Virus record (IMG/VR): IMGVR_UViG_3300028048_000073
Coordinates: 62,660 to 126,659 of that record
DNA from: a virus
DNA length: 64,000 nucleotides
Reading direction: 5' to 3' (one strand)
The translations under genes were made by a program, and so were the position numbers. Shown piece after piece: positions 38,232-48,470 of this stretch. The notes beneath the pieces are model-generated. The model had not been told where the DNA came from. It saw only the letters and a list, made by a program, of their open reading frames with translations, and did no database searches. Each line of letters begins with the position of its first letter. Positions within the stretch are counted from its first letter, which is position 1.

Positions 38232-38552
38232 ATGGTAAAAGATAGAATGGGAATTGATAGATTAAATAAAAACGATGTTCCAGATTATGGCTCGCTATTC
38301 CTAATCAAAAAAACGCAAGACAACATTAATGAATATGGCGGAAGCTATGTTGCTGATGTTGAAAAATTAGAATTAATTTCTAATGCAGCTCTTGGTTCGA
38401 CTTGTCTTTTTACGAATGGAGACCTATATAGAAAGGAAATCGTAGGATGGAAGAAGATGGGCGGGGTAGCCGCCGAAGAAGCGCAAGTTCCAGTGAATCC
38501 AGAAGAAGAGCAAGCTCCAGCGAATCCAGAGGATAATATGGGCAATATGTAA
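38232..38552 (+). CDS. hypothetical protein
   Basis: 106-aa ORF with a Pro/Glu-rich tail. Confidence 0.3.
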   Translation: MVKDRMGIDRLNKNDVPDYGSLFLIKKTQDNINEYGGSYVADVEKLELISNAALGSTCLFTNGDLYRKEIVGWKKMGGVAAEEAQVPVNPEEEQAPANPEDNMGNM

Positions 38553-38607
38553 AAATTAAGTGTGGTATTTTACCACACTTAATTAATATTTAAAGGAGGA
38601 TTGTATT

Positions 38608-38787
38608 ATGGATAATAACGTTGTCTATAGCAACAGCGGCAACAATACTCCTACTTCCCGCCGGGACCTGCGACTATTTCAGTACAAACCCAGGGTATGT
38701 CTGAAGGATTTGAGAACTATTTTAGAACACAACTATGCTTACAATATTAAGGTAAGGCAGATATTCTGCCTTATCTTTTTTATTTAA
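38608..38787 (+). CDS. small hypothetical protein
   Basis: An AGGAGG ribosome-binding site precedes ATGGATAAT. About 59 aa. Followed by a terminator. Confidence 0.25.
   Translation: MDNNVVYSNSGNNTPTSRRDLRLFQYKPRVCLKDLRTILEHNYAYNIKVRQIFCLIFFI
38751..38787 (+). terminator. Intrinsic terminator
   Basis: The hairpin ggcagatattctgcc followed by TCTTTTTTATTT. Confidence 0.5.
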
Positions 38788-38848
38788 TTAATTCAATTTA
38801 TTTTTAAAATAATATAGAATTAGATTTTATCAAAGAGGTGATATAATT

Positions 38849-40024
38849 TTGAAAGCAAATCTTAGTGATTATCACTACAATCATAAGATGGACACACGAA
38901 ACGAGATTCTCCGCGCATGGGCAACTAAAGATAATGGAAGAATAATCCCCAAGTCTTGGAACCATGTTCAATTTTTAGTTAAGCATGGGTTGCATAAAGA
39001 TATCTTTAATATAAAAGATCAATTTATTATGCAAAAAGACAATACAAATTTAGTATGGGATATCATTGGTGTTGATCATGACACGCCCTCAGACCCACAG
39101 TACACGCACTCCATGACGCTCCAGCTACACGACCAATTTCCGACAGCCATGCAGTTTGACGCGCGCGAAGCGTTCTATTACTGCGAGGAGGGACTTCCGA
39201 TAGGCACTTATCATTTCAAGATTGACCCGACTTATGATGCTACGTACAACAGTTTCAAAGATACGGGGTATCAGTTTACGCTTACAAAACCCGTGCCCGC
39301 AGGTGGACAACTTACTTTTCCATGGAGTAGCAATGTCAATGCTTCCACCATCAAGGTAAACAGTTTTGCCAGTGCTACTTCGATGACTCCGATTGAACAG
39401 GTTGTAGTCTCCGAAGGAACAGGCGGACAGAATCTTGGTAATCTCACTATTGCAGGTGATTTTTCTAATAACCTTAACGCTATTCAAAGAGTACGCTATG
39501 GCAGCAACAACTACAAGGAGTCCGCTATAAGGCAGTGGCTTAACAGTTCGGCGGCGGCAGGCTCGGTATGGAAGCCGCAAACAAAGTGGGATAGACCGCC
39601 TGCATGGGCAGCAACGGCTGCGGGCTTCATGAACGGTATGGACGCTGATTTTCTTGCCGTTATAGGTAAGACACATATCATTGTAGCAAGAAATACGACC
39701 TGTGAAGGCGGCGGTTATGATGAAATGGACGATTATTTCTTCCTGCTGTCCAGACGTGAAGTCTATATGGGTAATGAAGTTGCAAGCGTGATAGAGGGAG
39801 AACCCTATCCGTACTACTCCGATTACTCCGACCTGTCCGAACCGAGTATTAGAGCAGACAGCAATCGTATTAAGTACCGTGGTGAAACTGCACAGTCTTG
39901 GTGGATTAGAGCTCCGTACCCCTTGAGCGGCGGCAGTACCCGTGGTGTCACTCCGACAGGCGCTTTGCACATCGGATATGCGAGTTACAGCTACGGCGTT
40001 GCACCTGCTTGTAATATCATATGA
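38849..40024 (+). CDS. Tail fibre or receptor-binding candidate, paralog 1 of 3
   Basis: Shares NEILRAWA, YGSNxYKxSAIRQWLNSxAxAGSVW, GGGYDEMDDYFF and C-terminal APACNII with the ORFs at 40774 and 42047. Confidence 0.4.
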   Translation: MKANLSDYHYNHKMDTRNEILRAWATKDNGRIIPKSWNHVQFLVKHGLHKDIFNIKDQFIMQKDNTNLVWDIIGVDHDTPSDPQYTHSMTLQLHDQFPTAMQFDAREAFYYCEEGLPIGTYHFKIDPTYDATYNSFKDTGYQFTLTKPVPAGGQLTFPWSSNVNASTIKVNSFASATSMTPIEQVVVSEGTGGQNLGNLTIAGDFSNNLNAIQRVRYGSNNYKESAIRQWLNSSAAAGSVWKPQTKWDRPPAWAATAAGFMNGMDADFLAVIGKTHIIVARNTTCEGGGYDEMDDYFFLLSRREVYMGNEVASVIEGEPYPYYSDYSDLSEPSIRADSNRIKYRGETAQSWWIRAPYPLSGGSTRGVTPTGALHIGYASYSYGVAPACNII

Positions 40025-40216
40025 GAGGTAATACCATAAACACTTTTTAAAATGAGCGTTGTTAATTGCCGCTGATGTCGTTATCCTGATATTTGGTATT
40101 TTTGTTCATAATATTAATATGATAGGTGTAATATACCTTTATCATAATGATAATAATCGTATTAAGGTTGTATCAGTTTATAATAGTATTTAAACAATAA
40201 ATAAAGAGGTGATTAT

Positions 40217-40771
40217 ATGCCAACAACAAATAATGAAATTCATTTTAAACATGGATTAAAAGATAATTTTAGTCAAACTACAAAAAATACAGATACGCTA
40301 TACTTTATTACAGATACTCAAGAATTGTATCTTGGTAATCAAAGATATGGCGGAGATATTGGTGTGGGAGGCACATTACCACAAACACAATATCTAGGTA
40401 AAATGTTTATCTTAAATCAAAATGGCAATTATAGTTTATATATTTCAGATGGAACAAATTGGAAATCTACAACTACTTTAACAGAACAACAATTTGAAAC
40501 TTATAGGCAAGAAATAGAAAATACTGCGGAGGCTCTTGCTCAAACATATTCAGATTCAATGGATGCTTTATACGCAGAATATCAAACAAAACTTGATAAA
40601 GGGTTAAATGATATTAATACTGCGGTTGCAGCCGCTCAGTCAGTCACAGGACCTTTCTACGTAATTGACCATCAAGCTAATAAAACATATCAAGCTGCAT
40701 TTCAAATTGCTTCAGATGGAACGCCGCAGCTTAAATATGAAGAGTTTACAGAAGAAGGCGGAGGTGAATAA
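40217..40771 (+). CDS. hypothetical structural protein
   Basis: 184-aa ORF lying between the paralogs. Confidence 0.3.
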   Translation: MPTTNNEIHFKHGLKDNFSQTTKNTDTLYFITDTQELYLGNQRYGGDIGVGGTLPQTQYLGKMFILNQNGNYSLYISDGTNWKSTTTLTEQQFETYRQEIENTAEALAQTYSDSMDALYAEYQTKLDKGLNDINTAVAAAQSVTGPFYVIDHQANKTYQAAFQIASDGTPQLKYEEFTEEGGGE

Positions 40772-40773
40772 TC

Positions 40774-41955
40774 ATGTCTTATCAATGGCCTTACATACCA
40801 AATGATGAAATGTATAATGAGAAAATGGATACACGAAACGAGATCCTCCGCGCATGGGCAGAAAAAGGTGTAGGTAAAATTGTACCTACCTCTTGGAATC
40901 ATGTTCAAGAACTTGTTCATGCAGGACTGCATAATAAAGTATTTCATATAAAAGATAAATTAACTTGTCAAAGAAGTGGAAGTAATCTTGATTGGGATAT
41001 TATTGGTATTAATCACGACATACCCTCAGACCCGCAATATACGCACTCCATAACACTTCAATTGCATGACCAATTCCCTACCGCAATGCAGTTTGATGCG
41101 CCCGAGGCTTTTTACTACTGTGAAGAAGGACTTGCGGCAGGGACGTACTACTTTACGATCGACAGCACCTACGACCCCACAAACAACGATCTATCGGCGT
41201 ATCAGTTTACGCTCACTCAGAGCGTGCCCGCAGGAGGACAGCTTACTTTCCCGTGGACAAGTGGAAAGGCAAGCGCGGTCAAGGTGATCAGCTTTGCAAG
41301 TGCTACAAGCACAACAGTAATCGAAAGAGTGGGCGTCTCAGAAGGCACGGACGGGCAGAACCTTGGCAACCTCACTGCTGCAGGCGATTTCGCTCACGAC
41401 CTAAATGCGATCCACAGAGTGCGCTACGGCAGCAATCGCTATAAAGACTCTGCTATAAGGCAGTGGCTTAACAGTTCGGCGGCGGCAGGGAGTGTTTGGA
41501 CACCACAAACGAAGTGGGACAGACCCCCGGCATGGGCGGCGAATGTCGCAGGGTTCATGTACGGCATGGACGCTGATTTTCTCTCTGCAATCGGCAAGAC
41601 ACACATCATAACCGCGCGAAACACGGTGTGTGACGGCGGCGGTTATGATGAGATGGACGATTACTTCTTCTTTCTCTCACGCAGCGAGGCATACATGGGT
41701 AATGAGATCGCAAGCGCGATAGAGGGAGAACCCTATCCATATTATTCCGATTACTCAGACCTGTCCGCACCGGGTACGGGAAGCGATAGCAATCGTGTTA
41801 AGTACCTAGGGGGCAGCGCACAGTGGTGGTGGATAAGAACCCCGAACCCAGAGAGCGGCAACGGCGTCCGTAATGTAAGTACGACAGGCGCATTGACCAG
41901 CAGCTACAGTGCGTACGGCTTTGGCGGCGTTGCCCCTGCTTGCAACATTATCTAA
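40774..41955 (+). CDS. Tail fibre or receptor-binding candidate, paralog 2 of 3
   Basis: See 38849-40024. Confidence 0.4.
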   Translation: MSYQWPYIPNDEMYNEKMDTRNEILRAWAEKGVGKIVPTSWNHVQELVHAGLHNKVFHIKDKLTCQRSGSNLDWDIIGINHDIPSDPQYTHSITLQLHDQFPTAMQFDAPEAFYYCEEGLAAGTYYFTIDSTYDPTNNDLSAYQFTLTQSVPAGGQLTFPWTSGKASAVKVISFASATSTTVIERVGVSEGTDGQNLGNLTAAGDFAHDLNAIHRVRYGSNRYKDSAIRQWLNSSAAAGSVWTPQTKWDRPPAWAANVAGFMYGMDADFLSAIGKTHIITARNTVCDGGGYDEMDDYFFFLSRSEAYMGNEIASAIEGEPYPYYSDYSDLSAPGTGSDSNRVKYLGGSAQWWWIRTPNPESGNGVRNVSTTGALTSSYSAYGFGGVAPACNII

Positions 41956-42046
41956 GAGGTGATATCATGAACACTTTTTCTAAATAAGCTATGTCTATAT
42001 TTTAAAGATAGTCTTTAATTAATATATATAAAGAAGGTGAAAAATT

Positions 42047-43231
42047 ATGGCAATAGAAAATTTTAATTTAATTTCAGCCAAAAGTTTTGATAAACAAAAT
42101 GATATAGAAAATACTTTACTTGCTGCAATAGTACAAAATGAAACTGGCGGGGACGCTTTTATTTCTCCTACATCATGGGATGATATAGATAATATGGTTG
42201 ATTTAGGAATCGCTAAAAAGCAAATAAAGATAGGGGACCAATTCACTTGTAATCGCGATAATGATGAAATTACTTGGGATGTCATTGGACATAATTGTGA
42301 TACTTTAACAGATCCGCAATTTGCTAATAGAGATAATATGACTATTTGTATGCATGATGTATATACTTCTATGCAATTTGGTGCAAGACAAGCATTTTAC
42401 GCTACAGATGAAGGACTTGCCGCAGGAACATATAATATTTTAATTTCATCACAACCCTGGTATGCTGCAGATCAAGGTAAATATGCTCAATTTACATTAA
42501 CTCAGCCGCTTCCCGCAGGTGGTCAAATGGTATTTACTCATTCACAGGATGTAAAAATGTTTGGAAAAACTTTTTCAACATATTCTGGACCCACAAGTAC
42601 AACCGCTATTGAGACACCGATCATCATAGAAGGTTCTGATGGAATTAATTTAGGAAGTTTAACTGTTTTGGAGCAGACAAATATTAATTCAAGTCACAGA
42701 GCTATTTGGGGAAGCAATAATTATAAAAATAGCGCAATTAGGCAATGGCTGAATAGTAATGCAGTAGCAGGTAGTGTATGGCAGCCAATGACTAAGTTTG
42801 ATAGACCTCCATCATGGGCATCTACTACTAATGGTTTTATGCATGGATTAGATGAAGATTTTGTAAAATCAATTAAAAAAACTCATATTAAAGTAGCTCG
42901 TAATACTTTGTTTGAGGGCGGCGGTTATGATGAAATGGACGATTATTTCTTTCTCTTGGCTAAACCACAAGTTTATGGCAACGCTACTGTAACAGGTGTT
43001 GATGAAGGAAATGTTTATCCATACTTTGAAAATTATAGTGATTTAAACGCAGCAGGGATAGGTGCAGATAAAAATAGAATTAAAACAAAAAATGGTACAG
43101 CTACTTATTGGTGGTTACGCTCTGCAGTTGTGTCGGATAGTCTCGATGTTTGGAATGTCTATCCCGTTGGGTCCGTGCTCCCCGACTATGCTCTGTACGC
43201 TCTTGGAATTGCCGCTGCTTGCACCATTTAA
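42047..43231 (+). CDS. Tail fibre or receptor-binding candidate, paralog 3 of 3 (the most diverged)
   Basis: See 38849-40024. Confidence 0.4.
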   Translation: MAIENFNLISAKSFDKQNDIENTLLAAIVQNETGGDAFISPTSWDDIDNMVDLGIAKKQIKIGDQFTCNRDNDEITWDVIGHNCDTLTDPQFANRDNMTICMHDVYTSMQFGARQAFYATDEGLAAGTYNILISSQPWYAADQGKYAQFTLTQPLPAGGQMVFTHSQDVKMFGKTFSTYSGPTSTTAIETPIIIEGSDGINLGSLTVLEQTNINSSHRAIWGSNNYKNSAIRQWLNSNAVAGSVWQPMTKFDRPPSWASTTNGFMHGLDEDFVKSIKKTHIKVARNTLFEGGGYDEMDDYFFLLAKPQVYGNATVTGVDEGNVYPYFENYSDLNAAGIGADKNRIKTKNGTATYWWLRSAVVSDSLDVWNVYPVGSVLPDYALYALGIAAACTI

Positions 43232-43249
43232 AAGGAGGTAAACAAAAAT

Positions 43250-43450
43250 ATGTTTAAGTATAAAAGTATTCAAGATCAATTTATTGAAACTCAACAGAAA
43301 AATAGACTATTAGAATCAAATATTATGCAATTACAAGCAAATCTTGATTTTGTAGCTATGATGAGTGACATTGAAATAGACAATGAAGAAAAAGAAGAGG
43401 AGGCTGAATCTAATGTCGAAGAAGTTCAAGAAAGTGAAGAATTATTATGA
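43250..43450 (+). CDS. small acidic coiled-coil protein
   Basis: 66-aa ORF following a ribosome-binding site. Confidence 0.3.
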   Translation: MFKYKSIQDQFIETQQKNRLLESNIMQLQANLDFVAMMSDIEIDNEEKEEEAESNVEEVQESEELL

Positions 43451-43555
43451 TTCTGGTCTTTGGACAATAGAAATGGTAAGACAGGCTGTAATTAAACATT
43501 GGATTACAACAGAGGAGTTTGAAATTATTACAGGGCAGCCTTATAATGATTAAAT

Positions 43556-43592
43556 AAAAGGACGAGTTAAAAATAACTCGTCCTTATTTTTA
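43556..43592. terminator. Bidirectional intrinsic terminator
   Basis: The hairpin aggacgagtt/aactcgtcct flanked by A-tracts on one side and T-tracts on the other. Confidence 0.55.
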
Positions 43593-43934
43593 AATTGCTT
43601 CCCATGTTAAAGTGGCGCGGACACCTGTGTTATTGCTGCCTATCACCCACTCCTTAGTGGTGGCATCAATGACAGGCGTTAACCCATTTACGAAAGGAAC
43701 TGCGCCGCAATCAATAACTTCATCATCTGAAAATGTTATGATTAGGTGATAATCACTTTCACGGATATAGCAATCTTCAATGCTAAGTTCAGTAGGCGCA
43801 GGAAAATGCATCTGCAAAGTTTGTCCATCTTTTGTCGTAATTAATAAATCTTGATTATGGACAGTTAAATCTGAGATGCCTGTGGCAGCTCCAGCCGCAA
43901 CTTTCTTACATAAAGCATATGTAATAAGATCCAT
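43590..43934 (-). CDS. hypothetical protein
   Basis: 114-aa ORF. Confidence 0.3.
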   Translation of the reverse strand: MDLITYALCKKVAAGAATGISDLTVHNQDLLITTKDGQTLQMHFPAPTELSIEDCYIRESDYHLIITFSDDEVIDCGAVPFVNGLTPVIDATTKEWVIGSNNTGVRATLTWEAI

Positions 43935-43948
43935 TAATTAGCACCCCC

Positions 43949-44134
43949 TTATAGTACAACCCATTCATTTTCGCCATTTAAAATATAGATCGTTGAATCC
44001 TCAATGCATAAGCACACGCTACCTTTTGCACAAGCAGGAAACACTGGAAGTTCTGCAATTTCATCTTCCTTATCAACAGTGAACTCTGTTAAATAAGCAG
44101 TAGTTCTTCCGCTTTGTTCTCTAATATTAATCAT
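43949..44134 (-). CDS. small hypothetical protein
   Basis: 61-aa ORF. Confidence 0.25.
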   Translation of the reverse strand: MINIREQSGRTTAYLTEFTVDKEDEIAELPVFPACAKGSVCLCIEDSTIYILNGENEWVVL

Positions 44135-44852
44135 ATAATTACCTCCTATGTTATAATCTTTATAAAATATGAAAACGGGTTTTTATGAAAAAATTATTAT
44201 TGCCCATATTTTGGTCTCAAAAAATCCAAGCCCCCTCTTGGAATCAGAAACGCGGCTGAAAACGTCCCGAGTAGCTTAGCCATTTACGATAGGCTGGCCA
44301 GTTGCTCTCTAAAGAAGATAAGAAAATAAGAGAGCCAAAGCTCTCTTAAAAATCAGTAGAGCACGAGAGATTCGAACCTATGGAGTCTCGCGAGGTTTTA
44401 AAGGCTATTTAAAAGCTCAATTTATAATTGATAATAATTGAAGACTATATAGGTAGGCAAAGGAAAAAATTTCCTTTGTCTATCTTATTTAATCATTATA
44501 TTTTATTTTTAAAAATATTATAGATATATAATTATTATATATTGAAAATCTTCAAGAAGGTTTATAAAATGATTTATAATGGTTTAAATAAAGAAAAGCT
44601 GATTAAAAATAAAAATTAAAAACAACAAAGAAGTTATAAATGTTTTATCCCATAAACCATATGGTTATAGAATACCCATTATATGAGGTGAGGAAATAAC
44701 CAATATTTATCTTCAAGGGGCTTTTGAAGAAGGAGAGTAAGGAAAATGATGGTTAATGCAGGACAAGCTTCTTATGTGTTTTGATTTGATATAATTAATT
44801 AAGGGCAGAATTTTTCAATATATATTAGAAAATTTTAAAAGGAGGAGATTAT

Positions 44853-45935
44853 ATGTTTGATAAAGAGTACGCTAAACCTGGACAACCTTTAGTTGGTTTT
44901 TCTTGGAGGGAAACAGAGTTTTCACATATAAACACTAAAACAGGCGAAACTGCAAACATTCATTTTGATCCCTATGCATTGGGACAGGTAGCTCGAATTA
45001 CAGTTAATAATATCCCTTGCGGTCAACTTTCTTTACCAGTAGGATTCATTGAAGGAAAGGTAACATATAATAGAGATTACTATAATTTACCAATAGGATC
45101 AATTTCGACACAGAATGGTAAAAAACATTTTGAAAAAGTTTTTTTCCCTCAACGTTCAGTCGTGTCTGGCTCATATTCTTATAAGATTGACACAAAAGAT
45201 TATATAAGTTTAAACTCGTTACTTGATTTGAATAAACCAATACTTTTAGAAGAGCTGCCTCTTGGCACAGTAGCAATAATTTTCTATAGAACGGGAGAAC
45301 AGGCATATGAAGATTTGCCAGTAAGTATATTCACATATAATCCGAATAGTTCTAATAATGCGATTGGCAGTGCTATAGATTTTTATGAAGGAATCAATGA
45401 AAAATATCAAGCATGCTTGGTCCAACGCATAAGCAAGTCCAGGGGAGATTGGGAAGAAATTGAAGCAAAAAATGGAATATATGTCCATATTGCAAATCTT
45501 GATGGAAGCAGTTTAAACACTCCAAGCGATGGTATAAATGAAGAAAATATTGTTTTGCCAGACCCAAATGTTATTTCTGAAAATTTGTTATTAAAGGTAA
45601 CCTATCGTGATAAAACTATTAGTCATGCGGCAAGCGGTAATTTAAATTCATATAGCAATACTATAACTGATCCGTCTTCTATTTCGACAACTTTATATTA
45701 TAAAGGAACTGTTGAAAAATTGAATTCAAGCACGGGGTACTTTGAAAAAACCACTGACTGGATTCCTATTCCATCCCTTGCAAGTATTGTTGATCGCGTA
45801 GGAGAATTAGAAATAGCTGTCCGAGAACTTCAAGAAGGCGGCGCGGGGAGTATAAGTAGAGCCGGAACGGTCGTCGGAATTATTTCGGGCGGCTACACAC
45901 CGAGTATATATGGTATAGCACAGGAAGGAGATTAA
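44853..45935 (+). CDS. Tail-fibre-like protein carrying the shared N-terminal module
   Basis: The N-terminus MFDKEYAKPGQPLVGFSWRETEFSHINTKTG is duplicated at 46652. Confidence 0.4.
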   Translation: MFDKEYAKPGQPLVGFSWRETEFSHINTKTGETANIHFDPYALGQVARITVNNIPCGQLSLPVGFIEGKVTYNRDYYNLPIGSISTQNGKKHFEKVFFPQRSVVSGSYSYKIDTKDYISLNSLLDLNKPILLEELPLGTVAIIFYRTGEQAYEDLPVSIFTYNPNSSNNAIGSAIDFYEGINEKYQACLVQRISKSRGDWEEIEAKNGIYVHIANLDGSSLNTPSDGINEENIVLPDPNVISENLLLKVTYRDKTISHAASGNLNSYSNTITDPSSISTTLYYKGTVEKLNSSTGYFEKTTDWIPIPSLASIVDRVGELEIAVRELQEGGAGSISRAGTVVGIISGGYTPSIYGIAQEGD

Positions 45936-45936
45936 T

Positions 45937-46551
45937 ATGGCGATAAATTTATTTTATAGTTCAAGCAAACGAGTCACATCTACAGCTGAAGATCTTATGA
46001 ATGATCTTGCGGAGCAATGGGATCAATGGACGAACGTGGTAGAAAGTGGAGGGCAGGTCTCCCAGCTTTGGTTTGGCGATAACCTTTATTTATCGCTTGA
46101 AAGTGACTATTTATATATCCGACATAATTCAACGGGCGCAAACACATGGTTTAATGCAAGCGGCCGCTTTATGGACTCATATGTCATTGTGGTCACCGAC
46201 AAGGGCTTGATGTGGCATACCATGGAAGTAAACAGTGCTTTCAGTTTTGTTATCTCCAAGATTGGCGATAATTATGGCTGTGCCTATAACCCTTCTGGCT
46301 CATTAAGTTGGTACCTCTTTTCAGAGTCTATGCAGAATCAGTCTGTTTCTGCGCGCGCTCTGTCAGGCAGCACCTACAGTATGTTTGTGACCCAGCTGGT
46401 CGATGTGGTCCCCGAAGGCGACACGGCGCCTTTTGACGGAGCATATTTCGTTTTCCTCCGCCCGGCACAATTTACGACAGGCAAGTATATCATAAGAGGG
46501 AAAAACTACTACATCAATGCAGCATCTCAGCTTGCGCTAGAGTATACATAA
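45937..46551 (+). CDS. hypothetical structural protein
   Basis: 204-aa ORF. Confidence 0.3.
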   Translation: MAINLFYSSSKRVTSTAEDLMNDLAEQWDQWTNVVESGGQVSQLWFGDNLYLSLESDYLYIRHNSTGANTWFNASGRFMDSYVIVVTDKGLMWHTMEVNSAFSFVISKIGDNYGCAYNPSGSLSWYLFSESMQNQSVSARALSGSTYSMFVTQLVDVVPEGDTAPFDGAYFVFLRPAQFTTGKYIIRGKNYYINAASQLALEYT

Positions 46552-46561
46552 GGAGTGCAAA

Positions 46562-47353
46562 ATGGAGCGGATATATAAAACGCTTGTTCTCGACTTCAAC
46601 TCGAATGCCTCTCTATATATTAGAAAATTTTTAAAAAGAGGAGATTATATATTTGATAAAGAGTACGCTAAACCTGGACAACTTTTAGTTGGTTTTTCTT
46701 GGAGTGAAACAGAGTTTTCACATATAAACACTAAAACAGGCACCAACGCAATACATGTAACTCAAGGTGGCTACACTTTTGCTACAGATTGGCAAACAAG
46801 TGGAGCTAATTACACTGAATTTGTAAAAGAATGGGCAGATGGCAATCTCAATAATGAAGATAAAATTGGATATATGGTTACTATTAAAAATAATAAATTA
46901 GAAAAAGCCAACGAAAACGACCACATTATTGGTGCCACTTCTGGCAATCCAGCGATTGTTGGTAATGCAGATGAGTCTTATTATTGGCAATATGAACGGG
47001 ATGCTTTTAATAGAATTATTTATGAAGGAGTCCCTGGTGCAACAACGGCACTTGATGATGAAGGTAATGAGATTACAATAACATCAAATGGAATGGTAAA
47101 ACAGCCAAAAATAAATCCTAATTATAATCCTTCATTAAGAATTTCTTATATAGCACGGGCAGATTGCCCAGAATGGGATTATGTAGGCATGCGGGGTATT
47201 ATTCTTGTTCGTGATGATTGGACCTGTGCCGTGGGGGAATTCTGCAAATGCGGCGGCAATGGCATCGTGACCCATACAAGTGAACAAAGCTTTAATACCT
47301 ATTATGCCATTGAACGCATTAGCAAAAATACAGTATCTATGGAGGTGAAGTAA
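46562..47353 (+). CDS. Tail-fibre-like protein, a second copy of the N-terminal module fused to a different C-terminus
   Basis: Contains FDKEYAKPGQLLVGFSWSETEFSHINTKTG. The duplicated upstream leader and ribosome-binding site are translated as an N-terminal extension, because the ancestral ATG reads ATA. Confidence 0.4.
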   Translation: MERIYKTLVLDFNSNASLYIRKFLKRGDYIFDKEYAKPGQLLVGFSWSETEFSHINTKTGTNAIHVTQGGYTFATDWQTSGANYTEFVKEWADGNLNNEDKIGYMVTIKNNKLEKANENDHIIGATSGNPAIVGNADESYYWQYERDAFNRIIYEGVPGATTALDDEGNEITITSNGMVKQPKINPNYNPSLRISYIARADCPEWDYVGMRGIILVRDDWTCAVGEFCKCGGNGIVTHTSEQSFNTYYAIERISKNTVSMEVK

Positions 47354-47354
47354 T

Positions 47355-48149
47355 ATGGCACTTGTTAGTTTTTATAGGGTTCTTTCAACGTCAAATCTTC
47401 CGACTAATAATAATATAGTAGATGGTGCATTATATTTTGTAGAAGATACGCAGTCTTTTTACAGGGGAATAAAAATAGAAACACCGTCCCAAACAGGCGG
47501 AGACCCAATAATTTCTTATGAGTTAACTCCTGTAAAAGTTTTAATAAACGATATAAATGCAACATTATCTGATGAAGATGTATTAAAAGTAATAACAGAT
47601 GATAGCACTTTACCAGCGGCATCTCGTGAAAAATTAGATAAACCAATGGATACAGAAGCCCTTTATAAAACTTTTTTGACAAGAGGTAAAGAATTTAAAA
47701 TATATTTTGTTCCTGATAGAGATATTGTTACCATTACTGCATATGATGGGAATTCTTATTTTGATGAAAGCACAGGGACATATGGACGGACTATAACTAT
47801 TCCTGACATAGAAGGAACTTTAAATTCTTTAAGCGATACTTTCAAGGACGGAAAAACAATTGTTTTTATAAAGAAAACAGAAATAAAATATGAAATTACT
47901 TCTTTTACTGGCGGGACAGGCGAAATTGACATAGTAGCTTGGGCAGACCTTGAAGAACACTATTTTGGATATGGACACATGATATATCCAGAAGTGAGTA
48001 ACCCAACCTATGACGATAATTCAACAAAATATGATGAATTTATTTATTCTATAGTTGACCAACAATGGGAAAAAATTGGTGACTGGACAGAAGATTTAAG
48101 ACCTCGATGGGAGATTTCAAGACGAAGTTATAACTCAGAAATACAATAA
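47355..48149 (+). CDS. hypothetical structural protein
   Basis: 264-aa ORF. Confidence 0.3.
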   Translation: MALVSFYRVLSTSNLPTNNNIVDGALYFVEDTQSFYRGIKIETPSQTGGDPIISYELTPVKVLINDINATLSDEDVLKVITDDSTLPAASREKLDKPMDTEALYKTFLTRGKEFKIYFVPDRDIVTITAYDGNSYFDESTGTYGRTITIPDIEGTLNSLSDTFKDGKTIVFIKKTEIKYEITSFTGGTGEIDIVAWADLEEHYFGYGHMIYPEVSNPTYDDNSTKYDEFIYSIVDQQWEKIGDWTEDLRPRWEISRRSYNSEIQ

Positions 48150-48251
48150 TGTAATTGGTTATTGGAATAAAAGAGCTTATCGTTATAATTCGGATAACAT
48201 TCAATATGCATTGATTATTAAAACAAACAAACTTGGGATACTTTTTAATAA

Positions 48252-48290
48252 AAAAAGACGGCTTTTAAGCCGTCTTTTCATTTTAGAAGT
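48252..48290. terminator. Bidirectional intrinsic terminator between the convergent late genes and the tRNA block
   Basis: aaaaaagacggcttttaagccgtctttttcatttt. Confidence 0.6.
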
Positions 48291-48388
48291 TTTTCCATTC
48301 ATTTCTATTGTATGAAATTGCACTGCAGTCTACTATTGCGCCATCATTTAATGTTAGTATTAAATGATTTTCGTCATCAATAAAATCA

Positions 48389-48465
48389 GTGGAACGTGAG
48401 GGATTCGAACCCATCTGTCTGTTGATTATGAGTCAACTGCTTTTTCCTCTTAAGCTACCGTTCCA
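48389..48465 (-). tRNA. tRNA-Met/Ile2 (anticodon CAT), atypical T-arm
   Basis: Acceptor stem and D-arm (GCTT/AAGC) are good. The anticodon stem GTTGA/TCAAC encloses the loop CTCATAA. The T-stem has only 3-4 base pairs. Confidence 0.5.
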
Positions 48466-48470
48466 AAATT

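Noticed and set aside
39125-39970. 281-aa minus-strand ORF inside fibre paralog 1. The similar ORFs at 41401-41624 and 37348-37605 are inside the other structural genes
   Set aside because: They are antisense to well-supported plus-strand genes, Cys/Arg-rich, and lack a ribosome-binding site. They reflect codon-bias artefacts
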